A stretch of DNA of 64,000 bases from Spirochaetota bacterium (lineage in GTDB: Bacteria; Spirochaetota; UBA4802; UB4802), in contig JBFLZD010000013.1 of assembly GCA_040756435.1 (NCBI GenBank), positions 2,249 through 66,248 of the forward strand, in the 5' to 3' direction. The notes beneath the pieces were generated by a model. The model ran no database searches. It saw only the letters and a program-made list of their open reading frames with translations, and was not told the origin of the DNA. The position numbers and the translations under genes were made by a program. This document shows, piece after piece, positions 58,883 to 64,000 of the stretch; within the stretch, counting starts at the first letter, position 1; every line of letters begins with the position of its first letter.

Positions 58883-59548
58883 TTACAACATGGGGAATAT
58901 ATATTTTTCTATTAGCTCAAAGTTCTTTTTAACGTTGCTTTTCCCAACCACTATATCCATGTGCCCGGGCAACAAATATTCAATATCAAGCTCTTTCATG
59001 CGCTCAATACTTTCTTTCAGCAATGCGCTGCTGCCGCCAGGAAAATCTGTTCGGCCTACACTTTCCTTAAATATAAGGTCACCACATACAAGCACCTTTT
59101 TTGATTCCCAGTATAAACAAACTGATCCTGGTGAATGACCTGGCGTTTTATACACATGCAAAACCTCATTGCCAATCTTCCACGGGCCTTCTTCAAGCTC
59201 AATGTCAAATGTAAACTGCGGGAATTTCATGCCAAACATGGCAAAAAACTGTGGACCAATTTCATTTAAAAAAGCTATCTCCTCTTTATGCATGGCCACC
59301 TTGGTCCCTTTACCCATAAACTGCTGACAGCCTTCAAAATGGTCTGGATGCGAATGGGTTGCCACAACATAAGCTATTGTGTCAGTATCAATGCCATCCT
59401 TTTTCATATCAGCAAAGCGCATATCAACATACTTGGCAAGCCCTGGATCTATAAACATGTTGAAAGGCTGGCCTAAATAAAAAGTGTTGCAGTTGTTTTC
59501 AAAAACTCCTCGCCATATATATGCATACACACCATCACATACTTTCAT
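58883..59548 (-). CDS. MBL-fold metallo-hydrolase (glyoxalase II-like)
   Basis: THSHPDHFEG (HxHxDH) and the downstream H/D ligands GHSPGS...CGD. Confidence 0.7.
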   Translation of the reverse strand: MKVCDGVYAYIWRGVFENNCNTFYLGQPFNMFIDPGLAKYVDMRFADMKKDGIDTDTIAYVVATHSHPDHFEGCQQFMGKGTKVAMHKEEIAFLNEIGPQFFAMFGMKFPQFTFDIELEEGPWKIGNEVLHVYKTPGHSPGSVCLYWESKKVLVCGDLIFKESVGRTDFPGGSSALLKESIERMKELDIEYLLPGHMDIVVGKSNVKKNFELIEKYIFPML

Positions 59549-59551
59549 ACA

Positions 59552-61624
59552 TTACTCCTGAATCTGAGAAAAATCTATAAGTGTGGTAAACAGTGTCAGG
59601 ATATAATGTAACATCCCCAACCTGTTGTCACGAACCGCAGTGTTAGTGTCCATCACCATAACGTTATCAAAATACGTATCAATAATCTCCTTGCCTTCAA
59701 TAAGTAAAAGGAATAACTCAGTGTATTTATTCTGTGTAATATATTCTTTAATGATTTTTTCTTTACTGTGGAAAAAACTATATAAACGTTTCTCCTCATC
59801 AATAACCAGCGCATCCGGATTAAATGAAAATGCATACCCCGGATTCTTTTTAACAAATGCATTAACGATATTGTTCATACGTTTGAATGCAATCAAAAGA
59901 TCGCCAAAACGCTTATCCTTACGGAATTCATGAATGCTACGGGCTCTGAGAAACAACTCATAGTAATCATAACAGCCAACAGCCAAACATGCATTAACCT
60001 CATCAAAGGCAAATTGTTTTTCATATAAAAATGTCTTGGCCCTGCCATTAATAAACTCAAGTATTGGCTCAACAAGCTTGTCACCATTACTATACAGCGT
60101 TGCAACTTCATTACACACGTTTGCTAAATCCAGATGTATTGTTCGTTCAACAAGCATATCCACAATTGCAGCAGCCTGCCTGCGCAGTGCATAGGGGTCG
60201 GCAGAACCTTTAGGGATATTCCCAACAGAAAACGAACCAAAAATATTATCAATTTTTTCAGCCAGCGATACAACAATACTCACAATATGCTCCGGAAGCA
60301 CATCCCCCTGAAAACGAGGCCTGTATTGAAAATCAATAGCCTGTGCCACTTCTTCATCCTCGCCATCAAGCAGCGCATATATTTTGCCAATCTGCCCCTG
60401 CAGGGATGTAAACTCAAACACAAGGGCAGTGGTAAGGTCGGTTTTTGATAGCATCACGGCCCGTTGTATCTTTTGTGTGGTTTGTGTATTTAGCGATAGT
60501 TCATTGCAAATGGCTTTTGCTATTGTCTGCATCCTTTCAACTTTATCGTAGATGGAACCTAACTCTTTATGAAACAGGATGCTTTTAAGCATGTCCACTC
60601 TGCCTGCAAGCGGGATTTTGCGGTCCTCTTCAAAGAAGAAACGCGCATCCGTAAACCGTGCTCTGATTACACGCTGATTCCCCTTTACGATATGCTCTGT
60701 TGGTGGATTATTTGAAATAACTAAAAATTTTGGAAGTAAATTCCCTTTACTATCGCGCACAGCAAAATATTTTTGATGCTCCTTCATTTCAGTTATAAGG
60801 ACTATATCAGGTATAGATAAGAATGCCTCATCAAAACTGCATACCACTACATACGGTCTTTCTGTCAAAAAGGTAACTGTAGCAAGCAATTCATCATCCT
60901 CAACAAGCACGCCACCCAACTGTTTTGCTGCGTTTTGCAATTGTTCATGAATTATTTTTTTTCGCTTATTATGATCTACTATGACCCCATTATTTTCCAG
61001 CGTGGGAATATAATCTTCACATCGTGATAAAGGAATCATACGGTTATGCTGTATATAATGACCTCGCACTTTGTTGTCAAAATCAATGCCATCAATAGAA
61101 TACGGAACCACTGCATCATTAAAAAGTACACATATATAATTAACTGGTCGCGGGAATGATACACGTTTCACATTCCATCGCATCCGCTTTGGGAAATTTA
61201 GCTCATTAATAATCTTTTCAATTAAAACAGGAATAATTGTTGTTGCAGGTTTTGCTTCAACTTTGCGCTTTGCATAGATATAATCACCTTTGCCGGTCTT
61301 TTGGATGTATGTATCCTCCCGCTTAATTTTATTTCCTTCAAGAAAACCGGTTAATGCTTTGGTTGGGTTGCCCCTGTCATCATAGGCGGCTTTCACCGAA
61401 GGGCCTTTGAGTTCCTCATAATCTTCAGACTGACTATCAGCCATGTCATATACCAGTATTGCAATACGGCGTGGTGTTGCATATACCGTACACTTTTCAA
61501 ACGCAATACGATACGCCTGTAAACCTTCGGTTACAATTTTTTCTACCTGCTCAATAGCAGATGGGATATACCCTGCTGGAATTTCTTCAGTTCCAATTTC
61601 GCATACAAAATTAAGCTTTGACAT
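59552..61624 (-). CDS. glyS: glycine--tRNA ligase beta subunit
   Basis: N-terminus MSKLNFVCEIGTEEIPAGYIPSAIEQ and the conserved body (690 aa). No glyQ adjacent. Confidence 0.9.
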   Translation of the reverse strand: MSKLNFVCEIGTEEIPAGYIPSAIEQVEKIVTEGLQAYRIAFEKCTVYATPRRIAILVYDMADSQSEDYEELKGPSVKAAYDDRGNPTKALTGFLEGNKIKREDTYIQKTGKGDYIYAKRKVEAKPATTIIPVLIEKIINELNFPKRMRWNVKRVSFPRPVNYICVLFNDAVVPYSIDGIDFDNKVRGHYIQHNRMIPLSRCEDYIPTLENNGVIVDHNKRKKIIHEQLQNAAKQLGGVLVEDDELLATVTFLTERPYVVVCSFDEAFLSIPDIVLITEMKEHQKYFAVRDSKGNLLPKFLVISNNPPTEHIVKGNQRVIRARFTDARFFFEEDRKIPLAGRVDMLKSILFHKELGSIYDKVERMQTIAKAICNELSLNTQTTQKIQRAVMLSKTDLTTALVFEFTSLQGQIGKIYALLDGEDEEVAQAIDFQYRPRFQGDVLPEHIVSIVVSLAEKIDNIFGSFSVGNIPKGSADPYALRRQAAAIVDMLVERTIHLDLANVCNEVATLYSNGDKLVEPILEFINGRAKTFLYEKQFAFDEVNACLAVGCYDYYELFLRARSIHEFRKDKRFGDLLIAFKRMNNIVNAFVKKNPGYAFSFNPDALVIDEEKRLYSFFHSKEKIIKEYITQNKYTELFLLLIEGKEIIDTYFDNVMVMDTNTAVRDNRLGMLHYILTLFTTLIDFSQIQE

Positions 61625-61662
61625 ACACGTATCCTGTTTGTGAATTATTGTTTGTTATCTAC

Positions 61663-62670
61663 TCAATGTTTCTTTTTCAATTCGGCATACGGATTAATAT
61701 GCTGCCCTTTGCGGATGATCTCAAAATGAAGATGTGGTCCTGTTGAGTTGCCAGTGTTACCACTTTTTGCAATAATCTGTCCCTGCTTAACATACTGCCC
61801 TTCACGAACAGTTATTTTTGAAAGATGCCCATATAAGGTTTTATCGCCCCCTGGATGAGTAACCACTACCACCTTGCCATAACCACCAAGCCACCCGGCA
61901 TAGCTTACACGGCCATATTTGCTTGCTCGCACCCACTCATAATTGGCACGCACATCAATTCCCTGATGAAACTGGCTTTCACCATAGAAGGGATCCTTTC
62001 GCCACCCATAGCCGCTTGTAATATTCTTTGTGTGCACAGGCCATAAAAATCCTTTAAAAATATCCAATGGTTTTGCATCAGGAATGAAAATATCCTGCCC
62101 TATATTTATAAAATCAGGATTTACAATGTTGTTTTCTTCAACAATCCTGTTGATTGCCACATTATATTTTTTTGACAAAACGGGTAATGTTTGACCACGC
62201 TGTACACTCACCAGCAGGCCATCTTTATTGGGTATCTTCAACACCTGCCCCACATGTACCAGGTCATACGATTCCAGCCTGTTACACCCACAAATGGTAT
62301 CCATGGATACACCGTACATCTGTGCAATCTCACTTAATGTTTCACCCAATTTGACTGTATGCTGAATAATCTTTAGTGCTTTTTTCTTTTCAGGTTCTTC
62401 AAAGTCTTTGCTTGCAATAGCTTTCTTCTTTAATTCATCATACCATGCAGCCTCAGAATCAAAAACATGGTGCGAGCGGGCATACCCGGTAAACAGGATA
62501 ACCCCTAACATAATAGTTCCGCATACATAAGCAGCGCTTTTAATTTTTTTGAATGGTATGCTTTTAATAATAGTATTTTTTTTGCCTCTGAATATAATAA
62601 TTATCTCAGCTGACAAAATAGTAATACTGAGACTTCCAAATGAATAGCTATGTAATTGCCAGTGTTTCAT
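61663..62670 (-). CDS. M23-family metallopeptidase with two LysM domains and an N-terminal TM anchor
   Basis: Two LysM motifs (GETLSEIAQMYGVSMDTICGCN...; GQTLPVLSKKYNVAINRIVEEN...) and M23 HxxxD / HxH motifs (HQGIDVRA, HLHFEI). Confidence 0.85.
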   Translation of the reverse strand: MKHWQLHSYSFGSLSITILSAEIIIIFRGKKNTIIKSIPFKKIKSAAYVCGTIMLGVILFTGYARSHHVFDSEAAWYDELKKKAIASKDFEEPEKKKALKIIQHTVKLGETLSEIAQMYGVSMDTICGCNRLESYDLVHVGQVLKIPNKDGLLVSVQRGQTLPVLSKKYNVAINRIVEENNIVNPDFINIGQDIFIPDAKPLDIFKGFLWPVHTKNITSGYGWRKDPFYGESQFHQGIDVRANYEWVRASKYGRVSYAGWLGGYGKVVVVTHPGGDKTLYGHLSKITVREGQYVKQGQIIAKSGNTGNSTGPHLHFEIIRKGQHINPYAELKKKH

Positions 62671-62701
62671 AGTGTAATTATCGGTATTTGTGTTTCATGA
62701 A

Positions 62702-63130
62702 TCATCTTTCCTGGCCCTTTTTCCCAAATATGCCCGTTTGTGCTTGTGGTGAGCCTGCATACGATTCTTCTATAAGCTTTTTAACATCTTTCTTTTGACC
62801 GCCAGTAATGGTAACCATACCATGTGCCACCACACCGCGCTGTACTGTAAGAATAGGCGTTTCAATATCACCCAGCACTTTTGCAGTTTCTAAAAGTTTA
62901 ACTTCTTCATCGGCAATAATATTGCCTATTACAGTTCCAGCCACCACAACATTCTTGGCATGAATATTAGTTTTTACTTTTCCGGTTTCACCAACTACCA
63001 GTTCTTCATCGGTTTTTATTTCACCTTCAAATTTACCGTCAATTCGCAGTGACCCACTGATATAAAACTTTCCTTCAAAGACAGAACCTTCGCCAATGGT
63101 GCTGTTTATACTATCACTTTTACCTGCCAT
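62702..63130 (-). CDS. bactofilin (CcmA-like polymer-forming cytoskeletal protein)
   Basis: DUF583 beta-helical repeats (IGEGSVFEGKFYISGSLRIDGKFEGEI...VVAGTVIGNIIADEEVKLLETAKVLGDIET). Confidence 0.8.
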   Translation of the reverse strand: MAGKSDSINSTIGEGSVFEGKFYISGSLRIDGKFEGEIKTDEELVVGETGKVKTNIHAKNVVVAGTVIGNIIADEEVKLLETAKVLGDIETPILTVQRGVVAHGMVTITGGQKKDVKKLIEESYAGSPQAQTGIFGKKGQER

Positions 63131-63665
63131 ACTGTTAACACCCCACGATTATAAATTTCATCACCGTTACAATTTACACTTACTCTCAGATTTTTGCAAT
63201 TTTATTTCAACCATTTTTTATTGTAAATCAATTAATCCCATAGTTATTTTTATTATTGCATATTTTTAGTAATCTCATATCTTGTGCGATAGTTACTGTA
63301 AAAAATATCATTGGTCGCAATTATGACCTATAAATTGAATAAAGATATGTGCACTTACAAATTTCCTGAATTGCAAAAGTCCATTGTAAAGACATTGATT
63401 CATGATTGTAAAAATTGGGTAGATTCAGGATCAAGTCCAGAGTGACTTTTATGGTCAAGAATGACATTTGGGGGTCTTGCTTACGTTTGTGATGCTGGAT
63501 TACATTTATAATCAGGAATGGCATTTGAAGTACACAATGACGATTGTGATACTTTGTGAGGCTTATAATACAAAATGATATCCATGATAATGTTATCATC
63601 AAATTTTTTATTACAGATGACATTGTACTTAATAGAGAATATATCAATAGTTCATTATACCTGAT

Positions 63666-64000
63666 ATGAATACAAATACCATCACACTATGTGTCAATGA
63701 GATATTCTACTCTCTTCAGGGAGAAACTACCCGCACAGGGTTCCCATCGCTTTTCATACGGCTTGCAGGATGCAATCTTAACTGCAGGTGGTGCGATACT
63801 GTCTATGCAAAAACTGGTTTACCGATAACTATCGCCCATATTTTGCAAACAATAGAGAAATATCCCACTCCAAACCACATCACCATTACCGGTGGAGAAC
63901 CGTTAATTCAGGAACATACAGTGACACTTCTTGATATTCTTTGTAGAAAAAACTATCCTTTGCAGCTGGAAACCAACGGTAGCATTTCAATTGAACACGT
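63666..64000 (+). CDS. queE: 7-carboxy-7-deazaguanine synthase QueE (radical SAM), 5' partial; continues beyond the window
   Basis: MNTNTITLCVNEIFYSLQGETTRTGFPSLFIRLAGCNLNCRWCDT parallels E. coli QueE (INEMFQTLQGEG...IFIRLQGCPVGCAWCDT). Not in the ORF track because the frame is open at the window end. Confidence 0.8.
   Translation, partial: MNTNTITLCVNEIFYSLQGETTRTGFPSLFIRLAGCNLNCRWCDTVYAKTGLPITIAHILQTIEKYPTPNHITITGGEPLIQEHTVTLLDILCRKNYPLQLETNGSISIEH

Noticed and set aside
1-64000. tRNA, rRNA and other canonical RNA genes
   Set aside because: No tRNA-like acceptor/T-arm signatures (GGTTCGAATCC-type) or rRNA-like conserved blocks were seen by eye. The G-rich segment at 56060-56100 was considered, but it lacks T-arm and anticodon-arm structure.

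Overview
AT-rich bacterial chromosomal segment of about 60 genes, likely from a Gram-negative, chemotactic organism (lipoproteins, AsmA-like and beta-barrel-like proteins, a 7TMR-DISM methyl-accepting chemotaxis protein (MCP), a bactofilin-M23 pair). No rRNA, tRNA or CRISPR array was recognised. Recognisable blocks, in order:
- Start of window: a truncated AAA+ ATPase remnant, a nucleotidyltransferase, an acyl-CoA dehydrogenase and a patatin-like lipase.
- A rearranged phosphate locus: pstS-pstS (minus strand) | pstB-phoU-phoB-phoR (plus) | a brnT/brnA toxin-antitoxin insert | pstA-pstC (minus). Its promoters carry 11-bp phased direct repeats that look like Pho boxes.
- A hexuronate/sugar-acid cluster: kdgK, an NRAMP-fold transporter that lacks the metal-binding motifs, MBL hydrolase, epimerase, RraA-like protein, GH38-like glycosidase, GntR regulator, uxuA.
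- An AAA-ATPase_like/PD-(D/E)xK gene flanked on both sides by long palindromic repeat clusters.
- glgX; a locus of unknown-function membrane/coiled-coil, cNMP-binding and AsmA-like proteins; leuCD; a thiolase-STAS-SCP2-TPP enzyme cluster.
- An MNT/HEPN toxin-antitoxin pair, a medium-chain dehydrogenase and a REP-associated tyrosine transposase (RAYT, a domesticated IS200-like transposase).
- Envelope and glycosylation genes, a zinc peptidase, an MCP, a serine hydrolase, a cation antiporter behind a structured terminator-containing leader, a C69 peptidase, glyS, an M23/LysM peptidase, bactofilin and the start of queE.
Things the gene annotation does not explain:
- A 120-bp imperfect-palindrome repeat family (REP-like; REP = repetitive extragenic palindrome) in five intergenic clusters.
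- A second 120-bp palindromic element in two copies.
- A roughly 20-fold over-represented short motif (T/G)AACTATCGC(C), scattered through coding and non-coding DNA on both strands.
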